The notes under the pieces: model-generated | What the model was told of the DNA's origin: nothing | Databases searched by the model: none | The model's input: only the letters and a program-made list of their open reading frames with translations | Made by a program: the position numbers and the translations under genes | Origin: a virus | Taxonomy: Duplodnaviria; Caudoviricetes | DNA length: 43,181 nt | IMG/VR virus record: IMGVR_UViG_3300048856_000126 | Coordinates: 1 to 43,181 of that record | Direction: 5' to 3' (one strand) | Shown: piece after piece, positions 1-8,740 of the stretch | Layout of the letters: each line of letters begins with the position of its first letter | Numbering within the stretch: the first letter of the stretch is position 1

Positions 1-420
1 TCAGAGACGGCGGGCGGTCATCCCGCCCAGGACCTGCGACCCCGAGCCGAGCCAGCGGACCTTGAGGCGCGCCCCGGCACGCTTGACCTGGACCGCCGTC
101 TTCGGCGCTCGCTGGGCTCGGCCGGAGACGAACGACTCGCGGAAGACGAACCAGCCCTGCTTGCGGCCCTGGTAGCGCCAGGTCGATGTGCCGACCGCGT
201 GGTAGGTGACCCGGCCGGTCCACCCACGCCCGGACTTCTTCAGTCGCACGGTGGCGGAGTAGCCGGACGGCCCGTCCTTGCTCTGCACCGCGCCCTTCCA
301 GCTGCCGGCGATGCTCGCGGCGGCGCGCCGGTCCGGGTCGGTGGCGGCGGCCGCGGGCGGCGCCAGCAGGGCGGCGGCGAGGGCGAGCGGTGCGAGGACG
401 GCAAGGGGACGATGCGGCAT
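1..420 (-). CDS. host secreted hypothetical protein
   Basis: ATG at 420; MPHRPLAVLAPLALAAALLAPPAAAA signal-peptide-like N-terminus; lies outside att. Confidence 0.7.
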   Translation of the reverse strand: MPHRPLAVLAPLALAAALLAPPAAAATDPDRRAAASIAGSWKGAVQSKDGPSGYSATVRLKKSGRGWTGRVTYHAVGTSTWRYQGRKQGWFVFRESFVSGRAQRAPKTAVQVKRAGARLKVRWLGSGSQVLGGMTARRL

Positions 421-764
421 GGACCAGATCTCCCCGCGCCGGGAGGACCCGAAACGATCCGCCGGCAACGCCGTGGAACCCTGCGGCGGCTGGCGACCTC
501 TCCGTCGTCGAGGCGACGCGGATGACGTCGGAGGCGTCGTTGCCGAGCAGCGGGTACGGCGCTGGCCCGGTCTTCGACCACGTCGACCAGGGCGACCGCG
601 GCCGGCCGGGGTCGCCGGTCCGGCCACCGTGCACCCGGTCGAGCTCCTGTGCGGCGCCCGCCAGCGGTCTCGGCGCCGTCCGCGAGGGCGACGTCGGGCT
701 GCTTCAGTGCGGGCCCGGGGCCGACGATCCCCACCTACACCGTCGACGGGGCCGGTCCACCACG

Positions 765-798
765 CAGTGACGGCCGCCCCGAGGGGCGGCCGTCACTG
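765..798 (-). terminator. intrinsic terminator hairpin downstream of the tmRNA 3' end
   Basis: perfect inverted repeat CAGTGACGGCCGCCCC-GA-GGGGCGGCCGTCACTG. Confidence 0.8.
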
Positions 799-843
799 AC
801 TCAGGAGGTGATCGCGGTGGTGGTGATGGTCGGTCGGTCGGTC

Positions 844-866
844 GGTGGAGCTGCGGGGAATCGAAC
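844..866 (-). other. prophage att core: duplicated 3' end of tmRNA (ssrA)
   Basis: minus strand GTTCGATTCCCCGCAGCTCCACC = T-loop, T-stem 3' strand, acceptor CAGCTCC-A-CC; CAGCTCC pairs with a GGGGCTG 5' end with G3.U70, as in tmRNA; the 5' T-stem strand is absent so this is a fragment. Confidence 0.85.
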
Positions 867-905
867 GACGCGACACCCACGCTCAGCATCCCCGTTTACG
901 CTCAA

Positions 906-950
906 CTTCACCCGACAGGCCCCTGTTCAGACGGGCCCAAACGGGTGAAG
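906..950 (-). terminator. hairpin between immA stop and att (terminator or attP arm structure)
   Basis: CTTCACCCG...CGGGTGAAG with inner GGCCC/GGGCC; TTGACGGCGTCAA palindrome follows at 953-965. Confidence 0.45.
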
Positions 951-972
951 GTTTGACGGCGTCAATCGCAAG

Positions 973-1398
973 TCAAGCCGTGGCGTAATGCTCGGCGTGT
1001 CGTCGCCGCAGGTATCCCTTCTCGCTCGGATGTAGGTGTCGCAGCCGCGACTCCAGGATGAAGCGATCGACCCAGAGTTCGTCGGCCGCTTCGCGTACCC
1101 GCCAGTCCGCCCAGGCGAGTGCGTCGCCGATGGTCTCAATGTCGGGCAGAAGAAGCCGAGCGACGTTGCGGTCGACCAGCTCCTCCTCCCAGCCCTCCAT
1201 GCCCGTCGGCGGCAATCCGCGGAGGATGTGCTGCGTCTCGTGCGCGATCGTGCAGCGTCGCTGGGCCTGGTCCAGGCCCGTTGTGAGCGTGACCGTCTTT
1301 GTCGCGAAGCACGTCTCACCGAAGATGCCGTCCGGCAGTCGCTCCCAACGAAGCGTCCAGTCGACGAGTTCACGGAAGCGTCGCCACGGGTGATGCAT
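973..1398 (-). CDS. ImmA/IrrE-family Zn metallopeptidase (anti-repressor)
   Basis: RRCTIAHETQH (HExxH), EELVDRNVARLL, C-terminal AADELWVD helix; next to repressor. Confidence 0.9.
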   Translation of the reverse strand: MHHPWRRFRELVDWTLRWERLPDGIFGETCFATKTVTLTTGLDQAQRRCTIAHETQHILRGLPPTGMEGWEEELVDRNVARLLLPDIETIGDALAWADWRVREAADELWVDRFILESRLRHLHPSEKGYLRRRHAEHYATA

Positions 1399-1405
1399 GG
1401 CGGAG

Positions 1406-1427
1406 AGCGTAAGAGTCGCCTCCGACA
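1406..1427 (-). promoter_or_regulatory. PafBC/RecA-NDp DNA-damage promoter, leaderless, for immA
   Basis: TGTCGG-AGGCGACTCT-TACGCT then 7 nt to ATG; exact TGTCGG-N10-TA-N3-T. Confidence 0.8.
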
Positions 1428-1428
1428 G

Positions 1429-1689
1429 TCAGCGCCGTGGCCGCGGCAGGTCCGGCTCCCGCTTCGGCATGGACAGCAATCGCGCAATCTCCCCAACCTG
1501 CAGACGACCGCGGTCGACTGCGCAAACCGCGATAACTCCACCGGTGACGATGCACGCAATGTGACCGGCGATCACCGCCCACATCATCAATGCCAGTAAG
1601 TCGGCGGCAGTTGCGTACACCGCCAGCGCCAGCGTCGTGGTCCAAAGGACCGAGCCAAGCATGAGCCACGGCCAGTAGCGAGCAAGCAT
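1429..1689 (-). CDS. small membrane protein in immunity operon
   Basis: MLARYWPWLMLGSVLW..., two hydrophobic segments; GGGAGGG RBS. Confidence 0.7.
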   Translation of the reverse strand: MLARYWPWLMLGSVLWTTTLALAVYATAADLLALMMWAVIAGHIACIVTGGVIAVCAVDRGRLQVGEIARLLSMPKREPDLPRPRR

Positions 1690-1762
1690 GGTTGAACCCT
1701 CCCGAGAAGTCCACTTCCCCACGTCCTTGGTAGAGAGGTTCAACCGATATCCGGACGTTTGG

Positions 1763-2410
1763 TTACGCCTGCCCCTGACCTTCGTTATCAGTTGACTGGT
1801 CATCCTCGACCTCGGTCTCGTCGTAGACCTCGCCGTGCGCGTCGTCATAGATCTGATCGTCGCCGCGGATCTCTGCAACCTTGTCTAGCTCTTCCTGGGG
1901 CAGGGCGACCTTGCGGGAGGCCTTCTGCTCCAGCTCGGGCTCGGTCGGCGGGGTGGAGAAGTCACCGAAGATGACCTCCCCCTGGGTCTTGGGGGCGGGG
2001 TGCTCAGCATTGCCCATCAACTCCTTCAGGTCGGCGTTCAGCTCCGCCAGTCGGCGATTCTGCTGAGCGAACGAACGGATCGCGTCAATGACGATGCGAC
2101 GCTGCGTGCCGTCGAGGAGGTCTGCGTCGGGTGGAAGGTCGTCCCGCAAAGGCTTCAGCGGCAGCGGCATCTTTGCCGCCGCATACACCTCTTCCAGCGA
2201 GAACCCCGACAGCTCGGACAGCGCCTCCAGCGTCTTGCGCGAAGGTCGCGAGTTGTAGGTGCCGGCCGCCATCGCGTTGATCGTCGTGTAGACGATGCTC
2301 AGTCCGCGCTTCTTGGCTTGTCGGTCCAGTTCGCGACCAGTCGTGCCCGGGTTGCTATCGAGGGCGGCCTGCGCCACCTCACGTAGCGACCGCGGTCCGT
2401 CTGTGCTCAT
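1763..2410 (-). CDS. probable immunity repressor (N-terminal HTH, acidic tail)
   Basis: divergent from Cro-like gene; HTH-like TGRELDRQAKKRGLSIVYTTINAMAAG...PSRKTLEALSEL; CAGGAT 6 nt before ATG (leaderless). Confidence 0.7.
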   Translation of the reverse strand: MSTDGPRSLREVAQAALDSNPGTTGRELDRQAKKRGLSIVYTTINAMAAGTYNSRPSRKTLEALSELSGFSLEEVYAAAKMPLPLKPLRDDLPPDADLLDGTQRRIVIDAIRSFAQQNRRLAELNADLKELMGNAEHPAPKTQGEVIFGDFSTPPTEPELEQKASRKVALPQEELDKVAEIRGDDQIYDDAHGEVYDETEVEDDQSTDNEGQGQA

Positions 2411-2466
2411 GGCTCAATCCTGTCGGCGCTGTTCTCACTGGTGCCACCGAGCCCCGAAATTCTCAG

Positions 2467-2559
2467 GACAAGTGACGGCCTGAGTTTAGGGGCTGACCTG
2501 CACGTTTCCCCCGCACGGTTGACAAGTGACTGACCAGCGTTGCAGACTCCACTTGTCAA
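2467..2559. promoter_or_regulatory. immunity switch: GACAAGTG operators and rightward early promoter
   Basis: GACAAGTGAC at 2467 and 2521; TTGACAAGTG (2519) and CACTTGTCAA (2550) inverted; TTGACA-18-CAGACT. Confidence 0.65.
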
Positions 2560-2579
2560 TCGACGCAAAGGAGTTCAGG

Positions 2580-2894
2580 ATGGGAACCCGACGACCAAAG
2601 ATCCGCTACCTGAGGGAGGTCTGGATGAAGGTCATCAGTCCGGCCGGGATCCAGCGGGCGCGCAAGCGAGCTGGCTTCAGCCAGTACGACCTCGCCGCTC
2701 TCGCCCGCTGCACCCAGGCCACCATCTCCGCGCTGGAGACGGGAGCCATGAAGGGCTGCTCGGAGGATCTCGCTGCGGCGATCTGCAAGTGGGTCGACCG
2801 CGACGTCGAGGATCTGTTCGAGCGTCACGACGGCTCTCGCGCGCACCGCGTGACAAACGCTGTCGGCAGCACTCGCAAGGGGGCGGCGGCATGA
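2580..2894 (+). CDS. Cro-like XRE HTH regulator
   Basis: IQRARKRAGFSQYDLAALARCTQATISALETG; AAGGAG RBS. Confidence 0.9.
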   Translation: MGTRRPKIRYLREVWMKVISPAGIQRARKRAGFSQYDLAALARCTQATISALETGAMKGCSEDLAAAICKWVDRDVEDLFERHDGSRAHRVTNAVGSTRKGAAA

Positions 2895-3127
2895 CAGGCT
2901 CGCTCATCACGCCCGCCGAGCTCGCCGCCGAGTTCAAGGACGGCAAGACGGCCCGCTGGGTCCTGGAGAGCCGCCTGAAGTACGGGTGGCCCTGCGTCAA
3001 GGTCGGCCGCGTTATCCGGTTCACGCCGGAGCAGGTCGAGGAGATCGTCCGCCGGCACACCACCCAGGAGGGCGCGGGCACGCCTGCACTCGACGGCCAG
3101 ACGGCGCGTAGCCGGAGGGCGTCATGA
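2891..3127 (+). CDS. excisionase-like winged HTH protein
   Basis: LITPAELAAEF...WPCVKVGRVIRFTPEQVEEI. Confidence 0.75.
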   Translation: MTGSLITPAELAAEFKDGKTARWVLESRLKYGWPCVKVGRVIRFTPEQVEEIVRRHTTQEGAGTPALDGQTARSRRAS

Positions 3128-3537
3128 ACGCCGCCTACTTTCAGTCGATCTTCTCGTCCTGCCGAGTCGATGATTCCGGGTGCCGGCTCTGGGCGGGCAG
3201 CGTCGCATGGGACGGCTATGGCCGGTACTCGCACAAGCAAGCTCACCGCGTTGTCTACGAGCAGATGGTGGGCCCCATCCCCGACGGCATGACGATTGAC
3301 CACATCTGCTTCAACCGCAGATGCGTGGAGCCTAACCACCTTCGCCCTCTGTCGCCGATGGAGAACTTCCGCAACCACAGGAGTCGTCCGGTCCTGGTTC
3401 CCGACGGGGAATGCATCAACGGTCACGCCTACACGCCTGACAACACGTACACCCGCCCCAATGGGCAGCGTGACTGTCGGTCATGCATCCGCGCTCGCGT
3501 GAGGGCGTACAAGCTCCGCCGGAGGGCCGTCGCATGA
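3124..3537 (+). CDS. HNH endonuclease
   Basis: AHRVVYE...IDHICFNRRCVEPNHL...EN; C-terminal CINGH...CRSC. Confidence 0.9.
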   Translation: MNAAYFQSIFSSCRVDDSGCRLWAGSVAWDGYGRYSHKQAHRVVYEQMVGPIPDGMTIDHICFNRRCVEPNHLRPLSPMENFRNHRSRPVLVPDGECINGHAYTPDNTYTRPNGQRDCRSCIRARVRAYKLRRRAVA

Positions 3538-3755
3538 CCGCTCCGGAAATCACCGACGACGACCGCCGCATCGCCCATCTCCTCGACTCGACCGACGTCT
3601 ACCGCGTCAATCCAAAGTCGGGCGTCGTCCACACATGCGATTGCCGCACTCAGCTTCCGGAGATGCGCCCCGAGGTCCTGCCGTGGCCCGAGTTCCGCGA
3701 CTACGACGACAAGCCCTGCTCGATCTGCAAGCCGAACCTGGAGGCCACGCGATGA
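3534..3755 (+). CDS. small Zn-finger-like protein
   Basis: ATGA overlap; VVHTCDC...PCSIC. Confidence 0.65.
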   Translation: MTAPEITDDDRRIAHLLDSTDVYRVNPKSGVVHTCDCRTQLPEMRPEVLPWPEFRDYDDKPCSICKPNLEATR

Positions 3756-4036
3756 CCACCTGCCACCCCTCCTGCCTGTGCCGGTGCGGCCAGCAGGGAT
3801 GCGGATGCCGCGAGACCTCGTCCGAGCCCACTCGTCGCGCCACTCCCGCCTACAGCTGCAACCTCTGCGGCCAGGGGGCGCGGGCGATCAAGGTCGTCAG
3901 CGACAGCGGTACCGCACTCCTCGTCAAGAAGTGCCCCCGGTGCGATGTGCGTCGCTGCTCGGGCGACGAGGGCTGCGGCCACTACGAGCAGAACCCGCGA
4001 GCCGCGCAGTGCTCCAACTGCCACAAGGAGCTGTGA
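3752..4036 (+). CDS. Cys-rich protein (14 Cys in 94 aa)
   Basis: ATGA overlap; multiple CxC and CxxC. Confidence 0.65.
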   Translation: MTTCHPSCLCRCGQQGCGCRETSSEPTRRATPAYSCNLCGQGARAIKVVSDSGTALLVKKCPRCDVRRCSGDEGCGHYEQNPRAAQCSNCHKEL

Positions 4037-4377
4037 TGACCTCCCTCAGCACCCACGACCTCGGCCCAGACCTCCTCGACGAGCTGGCCCAGATCCGCAA
4101 CGACCGCACACCCGCCTCGTTCGCCGACAAGTTCCGCGCTGCCTGCGAGGCGGAGGCGGCGGCGAACGGCGGCTGGATCAACCCGAACCTCGTCCGCGCC
4201 CGTCTCCTCGACGAGCCGGACTACGAGCCGCGTTCCTACTCGGCGCAGTGGTCGGCGCCGTGGCTGACGAAGACGGACCACCCGGTGCAGATCAAGGGCG
4301 ACGGTTCGCGCGGCAACACCAACAAATCCACGTTCTGGCGACGGCTCACGGCTGACGTGGTTGGCGGTGCGGCATGA
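4036..4377 (+). CDS. hypothetical protein
   Basis: coupled ORF; AAGGAG RBS. Confidence 0.7.
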   Translation: MTSLSTHDLGPDLLDELAQIRNDRTPASFADKFRAACEAEAAANGGWINPNLVRARLLDEPDYEPRSYSAQWSAPWLTKTDHPVQIKGDGSRGNTNKSTFWRRLTADVVGGAA

Positions 4378-4541
4378 GCGAGTCGACGCACAAGGCCGAT
4401 GGTGTGTCGCTCCCGGCCCGAGTCGTCCACTTCCGAAAGCCGGGGTTGCGCGACTACCTATGCGAATCCCCCGCAGGGCTCGTCACCGAATTCGCCCCCG
4501 GGGTCACGTGCAAGAAGTGCTTGGAGTGGCTCCATGCCTGA
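4374..4541 (+). CDS. small Zn-finger-like protein (block 1, first gene)
   Basis: not in ORF track; MSESTHKADG...VVHFRK...YLC...TCKKCLEWLHA; ATGA overlap. Confidence 0.65.
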   Translation: MSESTHKADGVSLPARVVHFRKPGLRDYLCESPAGLVTEFAPGVTCKKCLEWLHA

Positions 4542-4848
4542 TCCCGACGGCGCGTCAAGTGAGGACCGGCTGGTGGTGAACGCCCCAAGGCGACGGACGC
4601 GGTGGGAAACCCCGCTACCGGCAACAACCGCGGCCGGGAGCGGGTCGATTGTGGATGAGGTCGAGGGGACAGTCCTCACGGTCCTGCGGCGCCACACCAT
4701 CGCCGCGTTCAACGGGACGCAGGTCGCCTGCTCGCACTGCCGTGCGTGGATGGAGAACGACGAGTGGCGTCGCCATCAGGCGGAGCTGGTCGCGCGGGCG
4801 ATCGAGCGACTCACTTCGCCCGTTTCGTCCATCCCGGACGCACCATGA
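4534..4848 (+). CDS. hypothetical protein (block 1, last gene)
   Basis: ATGCCTGA overlap; CSHC...H motif; ends LTSPVSSIPDAP. Confidence 0.6.
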   Translation: MPDPDGASSEDRLVVNAPRRRTRWETPLPATTAAGSGSIVDEVEGTVLTVLRRHTIAAFNGTQVACSHCRAWMENDEWRRHQAELVARAIERLTSPVSSIPDAP

Positions 4849-5087
4849 CCACCGCCGACACCCAGCTCGCCCAGCTCGACGCATGGCTGGCGGCGAACCC
4901 GATCACGTGGTCCACCCCGCGCACCGACCTCGACTTCGAGGACGAGGAGACGTTGCGGCGGTCGCGATCTGGCATGTCTCGTGCCGCCCGTCGTGAGCAG
5001 CGTAGGCCGCGCATCGACCGCCCGTCGGAGCCGTGGGCCGATTCGCTCGCCGCCTGCAACCCGCACGCGCACCTGGAGGCGTCGTGA
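4845..5087 (+). CDS. hypothetical protein
   Basis: ATGA overlap. Confidence 0.6.
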   Translation: MTTADTQLAQLDAWLAANPITWSTPRTDLDFEDEETLRRSRSGMSRAARREQRRPRIDRPSEPWADSLAACNPHAHLEAS

Positions 5088-5302
5088 TCGCCACGAGTCG
5101 TGCGTCGGCGTTCGTGGCGCAGGAGTTCGACTGCGCGGTCGTCCGGCTGCTGGAGCGGCTCGCGGGATGGCTCGACCGCCGTCGTTGCCGCGTCCCCTGA
5201 TCTCGGCGTGGCCATATGCCGCGTCGACCACCAACCACAAACAGCAGGGCCAGCGCCCGACTTCGACCCCGAGGCGCTGACCCCAACCACAAGGAGCATC
5301 TC

Positions 5303-5545
5303 ATGTTCGACAGCCAGGAATACAACGAGGCGGTCTTGGATCTACTCGCCGCCACGGTCCATGAGACCGAAGCGCGCAAGGCTCTGACCATCGCGTGCGA
5401 CACGGAGGCCGACGCGTTTTCGTCAGCCCTCACGCAGCAGAAGCGGCTCGCCGTGTATGCGGCCACCGAGCAGCGAGAAGATGCCGCCGAGAGGTACTAC
5501 AGCCAATACCTACGCGCCGGTCGCGAAGTGGTGGCCACCCGATGA
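5303..5545 (+). CDS. hypothetical helical protein
   Basis: AAGGAG RBS; MFDSQEYNEAVLDLL. Confidence 0.7.
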   Translation: MFDSQEYNEAVLDLLAATVHETEARKALTIACDTEADAFSSALTQQKRLAVYAATEQREDAAERYYSQYLRAGREVVATR

Positions 5546-5769
5546 CCGCCTCCCCCACCACCCTCGCAACCCTCATCCGCGGCTCCGTCGACCCCACCGC
5601 CCACCCACACGAGCCGCGCATCCTCACCGACGCCGGCTGTGTGCAGCTTCGTCTCGGCGGCTGGCTGCTGCTGACCGACGACTCGCGGCACCGGCTCGGG
5701 TCGTGGCGGTCGAGTGCTGAGGACGTCGCGGTCGCTTATTGGTGTCGCGTTGAGGCGGTGGCGGCATGA
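5542..5769 (+). CDS. hypothetical protein
   Basis: ATGA-coupled ORF. Confidence 0.6.
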   Translation: MTASPTTLATLIRGSVDPTAHPHEPRILTDAGCVQLRLGGWLLLTDDSRHRLGSWRSSAEDVAVAYWCRVEAVAA

Positions 5770-6167
5770 GCAGCGCTGACATCTCGTTCCGCCGACGCTG
5801 GAGCGGGGATGAAGAGGTGTTTCCGACCGACTGGACCTTCAATGGCCGTCGCCTCGTCGTCATCGACCCCGAAAATGACGATCACGTCGAGCTGCTCCGC
5901 GTGGCCATCTCGCGTCAGCCCATGACGCAGAACCTCGATCATCGCGCGGTCCAACTGGGCCTCATGTCGATGCTCGCACCCCCAAAGCCCGCGGAGCCGA
6001 CCGGCGACGGCGCTGTAGTCGAGGACCACCTAGGACACCGATGGGTCCGGATCGCCTCCCAGAACGGGTCTCCAGACAGTCCGCCGTGGCGTCATCGCGG
6101 ACATACCGCGCGCAGGTACGAGCAGATCGCAGCCGTCCGCGTGCTCTCCGAGGGTGTGACCGCATGA
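5766..6167 (+). CDS. hypothetical phage protein
   Basis: ATGA-coupled; PKPAEPTGDGAVVED...WVR. Confidence 0.7.
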   Translation: MSSADISFRRRWSGDEEVFPTDWTFNGRRLVVIDPENDDHVELLRVAISRQPMTQNLDHRAVQLGLMSMLAPPKPAEPTGDGAVVEDHLGHRWVRIASQNGSPDSPPWRHRGHTARRYEQIAAVRVLSEGVTA

Positions 6168-6249
6168 CCGCCCCGCTGACCACCGCCGACATCGCCGCGC
6201 TCCTGTTCACCCTGCGCGTCGCACAGGCCGAGGACGAGGGGGCCGAGTC

Positions 6250-6459
6250 ATGAGCGCCGCCATCGTGCGTCGAGCCGCCGACCAGATCCGCCGCGACCAG
6301 GAACGCGAAGAGAACCTCGGTCACATCGACGGGCGCACCTACGCGACCTGGCTCGCCGTCGCCGACTGGCTCGACGCCACCGCCGACGACTGGCAGCACG
6401 CCAACCACACCGTCCGCGCGCTCAGAGTCGCGCTGGCCTACCTCGGGGAGTCCGCATGA
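6250..6459 (+). CDS. hypothetical protein
   Basis: ATGA-coupled to tiny ORF 6164-6253. Confidence 0.65.
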   Translation: MSAAIVRRAADQIRRDQEREENLGHIDGRTYATWLAVADWLDATADDWQHANHTVRALRVALAYLGESA

Positions 6460-6677
6460 TCACGCGCGCTGACATCGCCGCCGGGCTCGACCATCCGTGG
6501 GCAGTCCTGCTCCTCGCGGCGGTCGTCGGAGTCCTCGGCGCCTGGTTCATCCTCGCCACCGCCAACGCGCTGTGGCTGCGGTTCGGACCCGACGAGCCGG
6601 TCGAGCCCATCGACGACATCGACGACGACGCCTGGTTCCGCGCTGCTGTGGCGCGGCGAGTGATGGAGGGGCAATGA
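6456..6677 (+). CDS. single-TM membrane protein
   Basis: WAVLLLAAVVGVLGAWFILATANALW. Confidence 0.65.
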   Translation: MITRADIAAGLDHPWAVLLLAAVVGVLGAWFILATANALWLRFGPDEPVEPIDDIDDDAWFRAAVARRVMEGQ

Positions 6678-7015
6678 GTGAGCACATGGCCGAGAGTGCG
6701 GCGACCACGCCATGCAGCCAAGATGACCACGATCGTGTGTTTCGGGCAGGTCGTGAGGCTGGCTATCGAGACGCCCTCATCGCACTCGCTGAGCGCCGTG
6801 GCCAATTCTTCGACGAACTCGACCGCGACATCGCTGATGCTCTCCGCCGAGACGCCGAGTACGTCACAGCCCACGATGCCGCGGTCCTGAAGGCTGCGGC
6901 GGACGCCGTCCAGGCGGAGCGGATCCGCCTTCATGAGGCCGGGGCTGGGCAGCCCCGGCAGATGGGTCTAGTTGACGCAGAGCGCATCATCCGAGGAGGG
7001 GTGCGCCGTGGTTGA
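6674..7015 (+). CDS. hypothetical protein (block 2, first gene)
   Basis: GGAGG RBS; MSEHMAESAATT. Confidence 0.7.
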   Translation: MSEHMAESAATTPCSQDDHDRVFRAGREAGYRDALIALAERRGQFFDELDRDIADALRRDAEYVTAHDAAVLKAAADAVQAERIRLHEAGAGQPRQMGLVDAERIIRGGVRRG

Positions 7016-7274
7016 GCGGCAGCCCCCGTCCCCGGTTGTCGTCATCTCGATTGACAACGTGCGGACCCTCCAGGACGTGCGGAAGTGGTCCGAGATCGTC
7101 GAGCATGTTGGCCTCCCGCCTAGCAGTCCGGTTGCCATCTCCGTGACTGGCGAGATCAAGGTCACCGCCTGGCTCGCTCAGGTCCCGTGGCCTCCCGACT
7201 TCTTCGACCTCGATGAGGATGACCAGCCGATCACTTCGCCCGTTTCGTCCACCGACGGGGGCAACCAACAGTGA
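7008..7274 (+). CDS. hypothetical protein (block 2, last gene)
   Basis: GAGGAGG RBS; ends QPITSPVSSTDGGNQQ. Confidence 0.6.
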   Translation: MVERQPPSPVVVISIDNVRTLQDVRKWSEIVEHVGLPPSSPVAISVTGEIKVTAWLAQVPWPPDFFDLDEDDQPITSPVSSTDGGNQQ

Positions 7275-7411
7275 CCTTCTACGACGACAACATTTCGAGC
7301 TGTCCCGGATGCACGCGCGGCCTCGACCCTGACGACCTCTGCGGCTGCGACGACGACACCGGGCCGCTGTGCTGTCGGTGCTGCTCGCTGGAGCATGGGA
7401 GGGCGGCGTGA
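7271..7411 (+). CDS. small Cys-rich protein
   Basis: GTGA-coupled at both ends; CPGC...CCRCC. Confidence 0.5.
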   Translation: MTFYDDNISSCPGCTRGLDPDDLCGCDDDTGPLCCRCCSLEHGRAA

Positions 7412-8223
7412 CTCTCCACATCTACGAGAACCTCACCCAGGGGTCCGACGAGTGGCACGCCGCACGACGAGGGATCGTCACGGCGTCCATCGTCGGCAAG
7501 CTCGTCGCCATCGAGTCGCCTGATGCCACGGCGGTCGACTGCCCGGCATGCAAAGCAGTGGTCGACGCGCCCTGCCTCAGCATGGCGAAGCGAAAGACCC
7601 CAGTCGCCATCAAGACGATCCACGACCAGCGAGCCAAGGCGGTTGCCGGCCTGCCAGCCACCTACGCGGTAGCCGACAACGACACCTCCCGCGCCGTCAT
7701 CGCCACTCTCGTCGCCGAACGCATCGCCGGGCTCACCGAGGACTCGCCGATGACCTCCGACATGTGGCGCGGGGTCGAGAGCGAGCCAATGGCCCGCGAC
7801 GCCTATGACAGGCACCGAGCGCCCGTGACCGAGGTCGGCTTCATGACCGAGGGCAAGTGGGGATTCACCATCGGCTACTCGCCGGACGGACTCGTTGGCG
7901 ACGACGGTCTGATCGAGATCAAGGCGCCGCGAGCAAAGACCCACGTGCTGACGGTGCTCGCCGATGAGGTGCCCGCCTACAACATGGCGCAGCTGCAATG
8001 CGGCCTGCTCGTGTCCGGGCGCAAGTGGATCGACTTCATCCCCTACGTCGGCGGCCTCCCGCTGTGGTCGAAGCGCGTCTATCCCGACCCAGCCTGGCAC
8101 GAGGCGATCGTCGCCGCCGTCGCCAACTTCGAGACGACCGCGGCCGAGATGGTCGCCGCCTACAACAACGCAACCGAGGGCCTGCCGGTGACCGAGCGGC
8201 CCGACCTAGAGATTCGGATCTGA
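7408..8223 (+). CDS. YqaJ/lambda-exonuclease family recombination nuclease with Zn-finger insertion
   Basis: QGSDEWHAARRGIVTAS, YSPDGLV, IEIKAP, AQLQ; inserted CPAC...C...H. Confidence 0.9.
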   Translation: MTLHIYENLTQGSDEWHAARRGIVTASIVGKLVAIESPDATAVDCPACKAVVDAPCLSMAKRKTPVAIKTIHDQRAKAVAGLPATYAVADNDTSRAVIATLVAERIAGLTEDSPMTSDMWRGVESEPMARDAYDRHRAPVTEVGFMTEGKWGFTIGYSPDGLVGDDGLIEIKAPRAKTHVLTVLADEVPAYNMAQLQCGLLVSGRKWIDFIPYVGGLPLWSKRVYPDPAWHEAIVAAVANFETTAAEMVAAYNNATEGLPVTERPDLEIRI

Positions 8224-8227
8224 CCTC

Positions 8228-8740
8228 ATGGACATTACCGACACCCTCGCGCCCAAGAGTGACCAGCTCGACGCCGTCGACCTTCTCGGTGGCCCTCAGA
8301 CCTTCACCATCACCGACGTCTCGCGCGGCAACAGCGAGCAGCCCGTGCAGATCGCCCTCGCCGAGTTCCCGCGCGTCTGGCGACCAGGAAAGTCGATGCG
8401 ACGGGTCCTGGCTCACTGCTGGGGCACGGATGCGTCGAAGTGGGTCGGCCGTCGCGTCACGCTCTACTGCGACGAGTCTGTGACCTTCGGCAACGACGTC
8501 GTGGGCGGCACGAGGATCAGCCACCTGTCGCACATCGACAAGCGCAAGTCGATCCCGCTGCTGATCAAGAAGGGCCGGAGCGCGGCGTTCACCGTCGACC
8601 CACTCCCCGACGCGCCGCCGCCCGACCCGAACGCCGCCCGCATCGACGCGCTGAAGGCCGAGTGGAAGACCGCCGACGCTGACCGACGCGCTGCCATCGA
8701 GGCCGAGGTCGCTGAGCTGAAGCAGGGGGCCGCGTCGTGA
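8228..8740 (+). CDS. exonuclease-partner protein (putative ssDNA-binding/annealing)
   Basis: directly follows exonuclease; KSDQLDAVDL...KSMRRVL..CWG...WVGRRVTLY; not obviously RecT or Erf. Confidence 0.55.
   Translation: MDITDTLAPKSDQLDAVDLLGGPQTFTITDVSRGNSEQPVQIALAEFPRVWRPGKSMRRVLAHCWGTDASKWVGRRVTLYCDESVTFGNDVVGGTRISHLSHIDKRKSIPLLIKKGRSAAFTVDPLPDAPPPDPNAARIDALKAEWKTADADRRAAIEAEVAELKQGAAS

Noticed and set aside
844-866. Intact tRNA-Ala or tmRNA gene
   Set aside because: Only the T-loop to acceptor 3' strand is present; upstream sequence cannot form the T-stem.
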